From a bacterium (GTDB lineage: Bacteria; UBA8248), in the NCBI GenBank assembly GCA_965213625.1, contig CBDBZU010000004.1, positions 2,944,001 to 3,008,000 of the forward strand: a DNA stretch of 64,000 bases. Direction: 5' to 3'. Positions 19,618 through 28,507 of the stretch are shown here, piece by piece (within the stretch, counting starts at the first letter, position 1; each line of letters begins with the position of its first letter). The notes beneath the pieces were generated by a model. It saw nothing but the letters and a program-made list of their open reading frames with translations. It ran no database searches and had not been told where the DNA came from. The translations under genes were made by a program, and so were the position numbers.

Positions 19618-20799
19618 CTACCCCGTGTACTCCAGGATGTGCATCCCCGCTCCGTTGCGGTCGATCAGATATAGCAGGCCGTTCTCGTCCATACCGATGT
19701 CGTTCGACTGGGCATAGTCCTTCCCGAAATTGAGTTCAGGGATGTAATGGCCCACTTCTTTTGGTTTAAAGGGATCCGACAAATCGATGGCCCTCAAGCC
19801 AGAATTGAAATACGTGAGGAAAATGATGTCCTTCCAGGGGCCTTCGGCGGGCGTGTATTCCAGAATGTTGTGCGCGCCGAAGCGCCCTCCCCTGTTCATG
19901 TTCTCTTCCCTGTCCGGAATGTAGGTGGAGATGGGTATCGGGTTCGTCTCGTCCCGGATGTCCACTACCCACATGAACTGGCTGCTCTCGTAGTTTTCCT
20001 GCGCGCGCGCCTCGTCCGTCACCACGGCGTACGGCCTGTCTCCGAGCGGCCACACGGTATGTGTGGAGCCGATGAACGGTGGCGACCAGCACAGGTGTCC
20101 CACGCATTCGATGTTGCGCAGATCCGTGCAATCGAAAATTCCCATACCGGCCCCCCAAAAGCCGCAGTACATGCGATCTCCACGAATGGTGGCCGGTCCG
20201 TGGCACGTCCAGGAGCGCTCGAAATCATCCGGCTCCTCGTATTCGTAGTCGAGGCTCAAATCCTGCTGCGGGAGACCGACGATGTTCAGCACTTCCGGCT
20301 TCAAGGGATTTGTGATGTCGAGAGTCCACATGACCCGGTTTCGCCACCCCTCGGCATGGTTCGGCAAGAATGCGAGTCCGCGCTCGTTGTCGACGCCGAA
20401 CCTGTGCGGGCCGGTGCCCGGCAGATCGAAAAAGCCGACTTCTTTGGGTTCAGCCGGATTGGAGATATCGAAAATGCATATCCCTGCATTGGCCTTTTCT
20501 CCTTCCGGCGTCTTTAAGCGTTCATGATTCACATACAGCAGGTCGTCGCCCACGATGCGGACCTTGTGATTATGCAGGCCGGGAGGCGCGAACACCTCGG
20601 CGATGCGTTTCGGCTTGCTGGGGTCTGAAACGTCGTGGACGGTCCAGCCCTCGGGGCCGTCGTAGCTCGCCGTTCCCACCGCACCCACATAGGCGTATCC
20701 GTTTTTCACCTCGACGAGGCTGCCCCCGCCCCACGCCGCATCGGGGTCGTGTCCTATCAGTCTGAAATTCTTCGATTCAGCCGGTGCGCCTTTCGCCAT
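19618..20799 (-). CDS. LVIVD-repeat beta-propeller protein
   Basis: Repeated 'IFDISNPAEPKEVG'-type units and a GRFGAHN motif. The start is set at MAKG (20799). Confidence 0.85.
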   Translation of the reverse strand: MAKGAPAESKNFRLIGHDPDAAWGGGSLVEVKNGYAYVGAVGTASYDGPEGWTVHDVSDPSKPKRIAEVFAPPGLHNHKVRIVGDDLLYVNHERLKTPEGEKANAGICIFDISNPAEPKEVGFFDLPGTGPHRFGVDNERGLAFLPNHAEGWRNRVMWTLDITNPLKPEVLNIVGLPQQDLSLDYEYEEPDDFERSWTCHGPATIRGDRMYCGFWGAGMGIFDCTDLRNIECVGHLCWSPPFIGSTHTVWPLGDRPYAVVTDEARAQENYESSQFMWVVDIRDETNPIPISTYIPDREENMNRGGRFGAHNILEYTPAEGPWKDIIFLTYFNSGLRAIDLSDPFKPKEVGHYIPELNFGKDYAQSNDIGMDENGLLYLIDRNGAGMHILEYTG

Positions 20800-20841
20800 T
20801 GTGCATCTCCTATACAGTCGCCATGAAACCAAAGATGAATT

Positions 20842-21717
20842 CTAGCCGTCCTTCCCCTCATACGCCTCCACGACGCGGGCGCAATCATCTTCCGTCCAGC
20901 CCGCGTTTTGCGCGCGCCGGAACATATCGAGCGCGGCTTCCGTCATAGACGCATCAAATCCTTTTTCTCTCGCGAGGTCAACGCAAAGGCCGAGATCCTT
21001 CACGTATATTCCCACCGAAGCATGGGGCGTGAAATCACGCTCTAGAATCTTCTCTCCTTTCAAGTCCAGAAGAACGCTCGCCGCCGCGCCCGAACGCAGA
21101 CAGGACATTATCGTTTCGGCGGACAAACCCGAGCGTTCGCCCAGGAGCAAGCCTTCCGCCAGCAAAGCTACGCCGGCATTAACTATCAGGTTCGTCACCA
21201 GCTTCATCGAACAACCCGTGCCGTTGGGTCCGGTGTAGAGGACGCTTTTACCCAAGGGCTCGATGATGGGATTGATGCGCTCGAAAATCTCTTTCTTTCC
21301 GCCCACCATATAAGCCAGCGTCCTCGACTCCACGTGCGGCACGGTTCCCGAAACGGGGGCGTCGACCATCTCCACGCCTCTGGCCTCTAGTTCCTTCGCA
21401 AGCCCGACTGACCAGGTCGGGTTCATCGTGCTCATCTCGATTAGAATGAGACCCTCCTTGCCCGCGGCGGCGATCCCATCAGACCCGATGGTGTTCGTCT
21501 CGATATGCTCTGGCTTGAGCAGCATGGTGAAAACCACGTCCGACTGCTCAGCCACCTCTTTTGCATTCGCGCAAGGGGTTCCACCCGATTCTCTCAACTG
21601 CTCCATGCGCGCCGGGTCGATATCGAAACCGGATACCTCATGGCCGTCCTCGATCAGATTCCTCGTCAAAGGCGTTCCCATTTTACCTAGACCGATAAAC
21701 CCAAGTTTCTCACCCAT
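20842..21717 (-). CDS. Beta-hydroxyacid dehydrogenase (tartronate semialdehyde reductase/3-hydroxyisobutyrate dehydrogenase family)
   Basis: GFIGLGKMG, DAPVSG, MKLVTN and KDL motifs. Confidence 0.9.
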   Translation of the reverse strand: MGEKLGFIGLGKMGTPLTRNLIEDGHEVSGFDIDPARMEQLRESGGTPCANAKEVAEQSDVVFTMLLKPEHIETNTIGSDGIAAAGKEGLILIEMSTMNPTWSVGLAKELEARGVEMVDAPVSGTVPHVESRTLAYMVGGKKEIFERINPIIEPLGKSVLYTGPNGTGCSMKLVTNLIVNAGVALLAEGLLLGERSGLSAETIMSCLRSGAAASVLLDLKGEKILERDFTPHASVGIYVKDLGLCVDLAREKGFDASMTEAALDMFRRAQNAGWTEDDCARVVEAYEGKDG

Positions 21718-21872
21718 ATTTCGCCTTGCCTCCCGGAATGGATAAAGTAAAAACAGATATTCTTTATTCGGTTCCTTTCACCCTCGGTTAGGGCGTAGAA
21801 TAGAAAAGCGTTGAAATTTGTTGGACGTTTCATTTTCTGCATTCAATCAGGCAATGCCCGGAGAGGAAACCA

Positions 21873-22949
21873 ATGTCAGCCACTCCCCTACTTGCTCTGC
21901 ATCAGGAGGCCAATGCCGTGTTCATCGAAGAAGCGGGATGGCAAATCCCCGCATCGTTTGGAGACGCGGCAGCCGAGCATCTCGCATGCAGAGAAAGCGC
22001 CGTCGTAATTGACCTGTCTCACCGGGGCAACCTCTGTTTCAGCGGCCCGGACACGGAAGAATTCCTCCACCGGATGCTCTCCAATCGGGTGAAAGAGTTA
22101 ATGCCTGGCGAGGGCGCATACAGCACCTTCCTGACACGGCAGGGAAAGTTTATCTCCGATCTCTATTTGTACAAATTCGATTCACATGTCGTCGCCTCGG
22201 TGGCTCCGGGTATGGCGGATACGCTCGCCGAGGAAATCGACAAATTCATCATCATGGATCAGGTGGAAGTGGCGAACGAGACGATAAATTCGTTTTGTCT
22301 CGGCCTTTTCGGCCCTTATTCGCGAGAGATATTCGCCAAAGCGGGCATGGGTGCTCCCTCTCCCGAGGAACACGGCCATACGACTTCGGGCAACATGATG
22401 ATAGCTCGAGAACTTTGGACAGGAGAAGACGGCTATTTACTCATGGGACCCCGAGATGAAGCGGAATCCGTCTGGCGCGCCTTGTCGGAATCGGGAGCGA
22501 AACCGGGGGGCGTCGCTGCGCTCGAATCGCTCACCCTAGAGGCCGGGGTGCCGCTCTTTGGCAAGGACATGACTTCTGCCGTCAACCCCATGCAGGCGGG
22601 GCTCGAGACAAAAGCAATCGACTTCGACAAGGGTTGCTACATAGGGCAGGAGGTCATCGCCAAGATCAAGTATCTGGGCCAGGTGAACCGCGGACTCGTG
22701 GGGCTCAAACTCAGCGGAGAAGGCACGCCCAAACCGGGAGCCGCCGTCAATTCCGATGAGAATAACATCGGCTCCATCACCCGCTCCGCTTATTGCCCGA
22801 CTGTTGATGGAATTCTGGCTTTCTCGTATCTGCCCCGCGCCCAAATGGAGCCTGGAACGCAAGTAAAGGTGGATTGTCGAGGTACCGAGGCCGAGGCGAC
22901 TGTCGAGAGCCTGCCTTTTTATCAGAACGAAAGAGAAGTCATCGTATAA
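21873..22949 (+). CDS. ygfZ: Folate-binding GcvT/YgfZ family protein
   Basis: KGCYIGQE signature on a GcvT-like scaffold. Confidence 0.85.
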   Translation: MSATPLLALHQEANAVFIEEAGWQIPASFGDAAAEHLACRESAVVIDLSHRGNLCFSGPDTEEFLHRMLSNRVKELMPGEGAYSTFLTRQGKFISDLYLYKFDSHVVASVAPGMADTLAEEIDKFIIMDQVEVANETINSFCLGLFGPYSREIFAKAGMGAPSPEEHGHTTSGNMMIARELWTGEDGYLLMGPRDEAESVWRALSESGAKPGGVAALESLTLEAGVPLFGKDMTSAVNPMQAGLETKAIDFDKGCYIGQEVIAKIKYLGQVNRGLVGLKLSGEGTPKPGAAVNSDENNIGSITRSAYCPTVDGILAFSYLPRAQMEPGTQVKVDCRGTEAEATVESLPFYQNEREVIV

Positions 22950-23161
22950 GACGCAAATACCCGATAAAACCAGAAAGAGATTGCGTAGTCCGCGAGGTGA
23001 AAACGACCTGGGTTCGCTTTTGACTTCTTTGATTGTGCGAGGCATATTGCGACCTTCTTTGGGCGGATGCGTACGCGATTCGCGAGACTACCCAGAAAGA
23101 AGTTCCGCTTGCTGGCGGAGCCGATGTTTTAAAAATTTCGACTCCCGGGAGGAAGCAACGA

Positions 23162-24796
23162 ATGGCGTCAACCAAGGGGGGAGGAAAAAATAATTCCTCA
23201 CCCGTGAAAATAGGTACGGGAAAAACCTTCGGCCTCGACAAAATGGGCATCAAGAACGTAGGCAAGATTTACCGCAATCTCCCAATTGCTACACTCAACG
23301 AAATGGCAGTCGCACGAAGCGAAGGTTTCCTCGCTCCCAATGGCGCTCTAGTCGTCCACACGGGCAAATTCTCGGGCCGATCACCCAAGGACAAATTCAC
23401 GGTGGACCAGGACCCTTCCAACAAGAAGATATGGTGGGGGCCCATCAACCAGAAAATATCGACCGAAAACTGGGACAACATTTATCAAAGAATCGCCAGC
23501 TACGCCCAGAAACGCGACCTTTTCATTTTTGATGGTTTCGTGGGCAACGACCCGAGATACAAACTCCCCGTGCGCGTCATCTCTGAACTGGCCTGGCATT
23601 CGATGTTTTGTCAGACACTGCTCGTCCGTCCCGAACCAGGTGAACTCGACAATCATTCAAACCCCTTCACGGTCATCGACATGTGCAAGTTCCTGGGAGC
23701 GGGCTCGGCGGAAGGACTCCGGCAGGATAACTTCACGGTGGTGAATTTTGAGAAAAACATGGCGCTCATCGGTGGTTCTGAGTACGCCGGCGAAATGAAG
23801 AAATCCGCTTTTTTCATTATGAATTATCTGCTGCCCCAAAAAGGCGTCTTCCCGATGCACTGCTCGGCGAACATGGGACACGGCGGGGACACGGCTCTTT
23901 TCTTCGGCCTCTCCGGCACCGGCAAAACCACGTTGTCCGCAGATCCGAACCGGAAGCTCATCGGCGACGATGAACACGGATGGTCGGATTCGGGCATCTT
24001 TAATTTTGAAGGCGGGTGCTACGCGAAAACCATCAACTTAACAAGAGAGGAAGAGCCCCAGATTTGGGATGCGATTCGCTTCGGTTCCGTTCTCGAAAAC
24101 GTCATTGTCGACCCGCTGACAAGGGAAATTGATTACGACGACATGTCGATAACCGAAAACACGCGCGCCACCTACCCCACCCACTTCATCGATAACTGCG
24201 TGCTCTCGGGCATGGGCGGACACCCGAAGAATCTCTTTTTCCTCACTTGCGACGCATTCGGGGTCCTGCCCCCTATCAGCAAGCTCACGCCCGAGCAGGC
24301 TGCCTATCATTTCCTGTCCGGCTATACAGCGAAAGTGGCCGGCACCGAGGCGGGCGTCGATGAGCCGATGGCCACGTTCAGCAGTTGTTTCGGCGCGCCC
24401 TTCCTGGCGCTGCATCCCGCCGAATATGGAGAGATGCTCCGTGACAGACTCAAGAAACACGACGCGCAGGTCTGGCTCGTCAACACGGGTTGGATTGGCG
24501 GCGCCGCAGGTGAGGTCGATAGAATGCCGCTGCATCATACGCGCGCGCTTCTGACCGCCGCGCTGACCGGTGAACTCGCTAAAGTTTCCACCCAGGACGT
24601 ACCGATCTTCAACCTCCATGTTCCGACAAGCTGCCCTGGAGTGCCGCAAGAATACATGATCCCCCGAAATCTTTGGGCTAGCGCCGAGAAATACGACGAG
24701 AAAATACGCGAACTCGCTGGAGCGTTCCTGGATAATTTCGAGCAGTTCGCAGACCGGGTGACGCCCGACGTCGCAGCGGCCGGTCCCAATATTTAG
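23162..24796 (+). CDS. pckA: Phosphoenolpyruvate carboxykinase (ATP)
   Basis: GRSPKDK, YAGEMKK, GLSGTGKTTLS, IGDDEHGW and NFEGGCYAK motifs. Confidence 0.97.
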   Translation: MASTKGGGKNNSSPVKIGTGKTFGLDKMGIKNVGKIYRNLPIATLNEMAVARSEGFLAPNGALVVHTGKFSGRSPKDKFTVDQDPSNKKIWWGPINQKISTENWDNIYQRIASYAQKRDLFIFDGFVGNDPRYKLPVRVISELAWHSMFCQTLLVRPEPGELDNHSNPFTVIDMCKFLGAGSAEGLRQDNFTVVNFEKNMALIGGSEYAGEMKKSAFFIMNYLLPQKGVFPMHCSANMGHGGDTALFFGLSGTGKTTLSADPNRKLIGDDEHGWSDSGIFNFEGGCYAKTINLTREEEPQIWDAIRFGSVLENVIVDPLTREIDYDDMSITENTRATYPTHFIDNCVLSGMGGHPKNLFFLTCDAFGVLPPISKLTPEQAAYHFLSGYTAKVAGTEAGVDEPMATFSSCFGAPFLALHPAEYGEMLRDRLKKHDAQVWLVNTGWIGGAAGEVDRMPLHHTRALLTAALTGELAKVSTQDVPIFNLHVPTSCPGVPQEYMIPRNLWASAEKYDEKIRELAGAFLDNFEQFADRVTPDVAAAGPNI

Positions 24797-24844
24797 GAGT
24801 TAATGCCTGTAAAATTCACTTCCCATTGAGTAGGAGGTATTCCG

Positions 24845-25030
24845 ATGCCCGTGGTTCAAGTCAGTTTGCTGTCAGGAAGATCCAAGGAACAGAAAAGCGC
24901 GATGGCGGATGAGATTACAGAGACAGTGCACAAGCACTCAGGCGCCCCCAAAAACGTCATTACGGTCATCTTTCAAGACATCGAGACGGATTCCTGGGCG
25001 GCGGACGGAACGCTTTACGCGGACCGGTAG
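24845..25030 (+). CDS. 4-oxalocrotonate tautomerase family protein
   Basis: 61 aa with an N-terminal Pro and GRSKEQK; AGGAGG RBS. Confidence 0.9.
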   Translation: MPVVQVSLLSGRSKEQKSAMADEITETVHKHSGAPKNVITVIFQDIETDSWAADGTLYADR

Positions 25031-25062
25031 CGGCTGTAATCCTTTAATGAGGAGGGATTGAG

Positions 25063-25920
25063 ATGAGCGCCGATAATTTCAGGCTCGCACTCGTGCAGCC
25101 GATGGGATACCCCCCACCCGAGGATGAAAAAAACGTGGCCGACGCAGTTCGCTATGTGGAAGACGCCGCTGCGCAGGGGGCCGACTTCGTCGCCTTCCCC
25201 GAATCGTATCCGGGGCCGTGGCGAATGCCTGCCACTTTCGACCCCACCGAAGCGATGGAGGAAGTGGCCAAACGCTGCGGCGTTTATGTTCAATACGGAA
25301 CCTTGGAGCCGTTGGACAATGAGAAGAAAACGGCTCACAACCTGCTGAACCTCGCCCGGCCCACCGGCGGCGCCTCGGGGCGCTACCGCAGGACGCATCC
25401 GCCAGGCCCCTGGATATACACCGGAGGCGGCATCTGGGAGTTCCAGTATGTCGCTGGAAACGAATACCCCGTTTTCGAGACCCAGTACGGTCAGGTCGGC
25501 ATGGCGATGTGCAGCGAAGTTTATATGCCCGAAGTCACGCGCGCGCTCTCGCTGCGCGGGGCGGAAATCATCTTCCTGCCCGCAGGCGTGGACAAGAAAA
25601 GGCTGTGGGGCACCTGGCGGAACCTCATCTGGTCGCGCGCGATAGAAAACCTCGCGATAGTCATCACCACGCAGAACCTTTTTGACAAGAGCCAGCGCGG
25701 CTTGGCGATGGTGGCGACGCCGGAGGAAATCGTATTCGAGAGCACGAGGGCCGGCATGTTCATGGTCGACGTGGATCTGGAGAGAATGCGCGAGCTTCGC
25801 GAGCAAAACGACGAGGTGACCTCATCGGGGCAAAACGCAGCCAAGGCCGGCGTACTGAGGCAGTGGCAACGGCCCGAGTTATACGACAAGTTCTTCCCCA
25901 AAGAAGGCGCAGCCAGTTAA
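25063..25920 (+). CDS. Carbon-nitrogen hydrolase (nitrilase superfamily)
   Basis: FPE, YRRTH and MCSE motifs (Glu and Cys present; the usual Lys appears as Arg); RAIEN. Confidence 0.85.
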   Translation: MSADNFRLALVQPMGYPPPEDEKNVADAVRYVEDAAAQGADFVAFPESYPGPWRMPATFDPTEAMEEVAKRCGVYVQYGTLEPLDNEKKTAHNLLNLARPTGGASGRYRRTHPPGPWIYTGGGIWEFQYVAGNEYPVFETQYGQVGMAMCSEVYMPEVTRALSLRGAEIIFLPAGVDKKRLWGTWRNLIWSRAIENLAIVITTQNLFDKSQRGLAMVATPEEIVFESTRAGMFMVDVDLERMRELREQNDEVTSSGQNAAKAGVLRQWQRPELYDKFFPKEGAAS

Positions 25921-25928
25921 ACACGCAT

Positions 25929-25963
25929 GCCCCCCTTGGAAAACACTCCGGGGGGGTGTTTGT
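25929..25963 (+). terminator. Hairpin after the nitrilase-family gene
   Basis: CCCCCC..GGGGGGG and AAACAC..GTGTTT alternative stems; weak U tract. Confidence 0.4.
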
Positions 25964-25993
25964 CACGCTAAAATTTCCGCCTAGAAGATACGA

Positions 25994-26497
25994 ATGTCGA
26001 ATACCAATTTCTGGCTACTTTACGTCCATATACTGGCGGCCTGTCTGTACGAGGGCGCGCTCGTTTTCTTCTGGCTCCTCATGGGGCACTTGAGGCGCAG
26101 GCTTCAGCCTGAGGAATACGCGGGCGAGATCATCTCTATCCTGCGCTTTTATCACCCTTTCGTGCTCATCTGCATGGGCGTGCTCATCATGACGGGCGCG
26201 TGGTATCTCACTGGACTCAAAATGGCGATGGGCCCTGCATTCGGAAAAATCTTCGTGCCCCTGGGGCTTAAGTTACTCACGGTTTTCCTGATGATGATGG
26301 GCATCAGCTTTCAGTTCTTCGCCGTGGGCCTCAGGCTCACGCGGGGAACGGGCCCCGCCGGGAACGGGCGCCCCATTGGCGATACGACGGATGAGCGCAT
26401 CAGATTGCTCAAGACGCTCGAGCATGTGAATCTCGGGAACGCAGTCCTCGCCCTGTTCGCGATATTCTTTGGTCTCGCGCTCAACAAGGGTTTTTAG
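25994..26497 (+). CDS. 4-TM membrane protein (CopD/DUF4149-like)
   Basis: HILAA..G in TM1, IMTG in TM2 and LKL in TM3. Confidence 0.7.
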   Translation: MSNTNFWLLYVHILAACLYEGALVFFWLLMGHLRRRLQPEEYAGEIISILRFYHPFVLICMGVLIMTGAWYLTGLKMAMGPAFGKIFVPLGLKLLTVFLMMMGISFQFFAVGLRLTRGTGPAGNGRPIGDTTDERIRLLKTLEHVNLGNAVLALFAIFFGLALNKGF

Positions 26498-26620
26498 TCA
26501 TATCTTTGTGAGAATTAGTTAAAGTAACACTTTATTCATTCCATGCCTATTATATTTCTCGTTTTACCCCGTGAATTTATCGATATTTATCGGATTTTTC
26601 AGAAATTATGAGGGCTCTTC

Positions 26621-27352
26621 ATGGCTACGGATTTGGAGCTGGCGAGCGCCACAAACAGACGTCCCGTCGGTAATGCCGAAGTCGCCCCGAAGCCCTGGGA
26701 AGGATTCTCCGGCGTCGCGCTTTCGGGACTCAGAACTTCTCTCGAGCCCGTCGATGCGGACCGCGACACGCCCGATATCTTCTGCGCCGCGACAGAAGGC
26801 GAAGACACAGACCGGATATTCGATTACATGAACGTGGGTCCCTTCTCCGGCGAGGCGGAAGTGCACGCATTACTGGTCGAGCGCCAGGCGTCAGAAGACC
26901 CCGTGTTCGTGGTCTACCGCGACAACGCCACCGGCCGCCTCGGCGGCATGGGCAGTTTCATGGAGATTAGGCCCGCCATCGGAGTCGCCGAAATCGGCCA
27001 CATCTGGTTCGGCCGCGCCTGGCAGCGCGACGCCCGCGCCACCGAGGTCCTCTCGCTCAAGATACACCACGTGTTGGAAACTCTTGCCTACCGCCGCCTG
27101 GAGTGGAAGTGCGACGCAATGAACACGGCCTCACGCAGCGCGGCCCTGCGCCTGGGTTTCCGCTATGAGGGAATTTTCCTGAACCACATGATCGTCAAGG
27201 GGCGCAGCCGCGACACCGCCTGGTTTTCCCTCACGCAGGAGGAATGGCCCGCCGTCGCCGATGCCCACGCCCGCTGGCTCGCGCCGGATAATTTCGACGC
27301 CCGGGGAAAACAGAAATTCTCCCTGAGCGACCTCACCCGCGCGCTGTGGTGA
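26621..27352 (+). CDS. GNAT N-acetyltransferase (RimJ/RimL-like)
   Basis: AEIGHIW, YRRLEWKC..N..S..AALRLGF and KGRSRDTAWFS motifs. Confidence 0.9.
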   Translation: MATDLELASATNRRPVGNAEVAPKPWEGFSGVALSGLRTSLEPVDADRDTPDIFCAATEGEDTDRIFDYMNVGPFSGEAEVHALLVERQASEDPVFVVYRDNATGRLGGMGSFMEIRPAIGVAEIGHIWFGRAWQRDARATEVLSLKIHHVLETLAYRRLEWKCDAMNTASRSAALRLGFRYEGIFLNHMIVKGRSRDTAWFSLTQEEWPAVADAHARWLAPDNFDARGKQKFSLSDLTRALW

Positions 27353-27368
27353 GGAAAGGTTCTTTTTA

Positions 27369-28214
27369 CTAGGTCGAATGAGGGGCTTGGGCGGCGCACC
27401 GGAAGCCGATGTAGCCGTGCCCCGTCGCCTGTCTACCGGGCATCACGACTTCCCGGTTCGTCGCCGTCATGCCGTCAGGCGCACTCGCCGAATTGCCGCC
27501 CCGCACCACGCGCGCATCCACCGCGCCAAGGTTCTCGCGCCCGTCCTTGGGCTTGTAGGGGTAGTTCATCGCGAGCGAGGCCGTCCATTCCCATACCTGC
27601 CCCGCCATATCGTTTACTCCGTATGGACTCGCGCCTTTGGGATAACTGCCCACGACCGCCGTCTGGCCCCTGAAATCCCCGAGGAGCATGTACTCGCTTG
27701 ATGGCTTCTGGTTCCCCCACGGGTAGAGGCGGCCATCGCCTCCGCGCGCCGCCTTTTCCCATTGCGCCTCGCTAGGCAGCCGCTTCCTCTTCCAGCGGCA
27801 ATACGCCAGGGGCCCGCCCCAGGCCATCTCGCTCGCCGGGAATTTGTCGAAACCCTTCTCGACGACCCAGCTGTCGCCTTGGGGAACGATCTTGGCGTCG
27901 GGGTCGTCGGTGTCGAGGTACATCTCTCCCTGCGGCCCGGTCGGGCCTTTCTCCTGAATGAAGGGCAGGTAATCCGCCCAGGTCACCAGGTTTTGGTCGA
28001 TGTAATAGGCGGGGAGAAACACGCGATGCGCGGGTTTTTCCTCATCGGGGCCGTCGTTTCTCCCCATCATGAAGGGACCTGCGGGAATGAGCACCATCCC
28101 TGCATATTTGCCCTTTCCCATCTTCGGTGCGGAAGCGGCACTGGCCGTTTCTGCAAAAACCGCCGCTACGAAGATGAGAAGGAGAATCCATATGCCGACC
28201 GATTTTATTGTCAT
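27369..28214 (-). CDS. Secreted FGE-sulfatase-fold protein, copy 1
   Basis: Signal peptide; RLPSEAQWEKAARG, DMAGQVWEW and IGFRC motifs. Confidence 0.9.
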   Translation of the reverse strand: MTIKSVGIWILLLIFVAAVFAETASAASAPKMGKGKYAGMVLIPAGPFMMGRNDGPDEEKPAHRVFLPAYYIDQNLVTWADYLPFIQEKGPTGPQGEMYLDTDDPDAKIVPQGDSWVVEKGFDKFPASEMAWGGPLAYCRWKRKRLPSEAQWEKAARGGDGRLYPWGNQKPSSEYMLLGDFRGQTAVVGSYPKGASPYGVNDMAGQVWEWTASLAMNYPYKPKDGRENLGAVDARVVRGGNSASAPDGMTATNREVVMPGRQATGHGYIGFRCAAQAPHST

Positions 28215-28287
28215 TCTCCACCCTCAAACCATAGAATTCTGAGGATTATAACGGAATTTGGATGGATAAACCGCCTCAAATAGTTCC

Positions 28288-28314
28288 GTCATTCCGGCGC
28301 ATGCCGGAATCCAG
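28288..28314. repeat. REP/dRS3-like palindrome
   Basis: GTCATTCCGGC-GCAT-GCCGGAATCCAG, a perfect 8-bp stem. Confidence 0.6.
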
Positions 28315-28507
28315 AACCGGTGTGAGCCGACATCGTTTTCTTGGGCCGGTGGCTGGAAAATCGAGGCTAAGGAAGATATTGTCGATCATAGCAGGTACGG
28401 CAATTTTGTTGCTCAAGGTAGTATGCGCGGATTATCGTTTAATTTGAGTCGTTAGTGGCCAACCAAAATTTGCCCGAAAAGTAACGAAGCATAACTCGGA
28501 GACTTTA

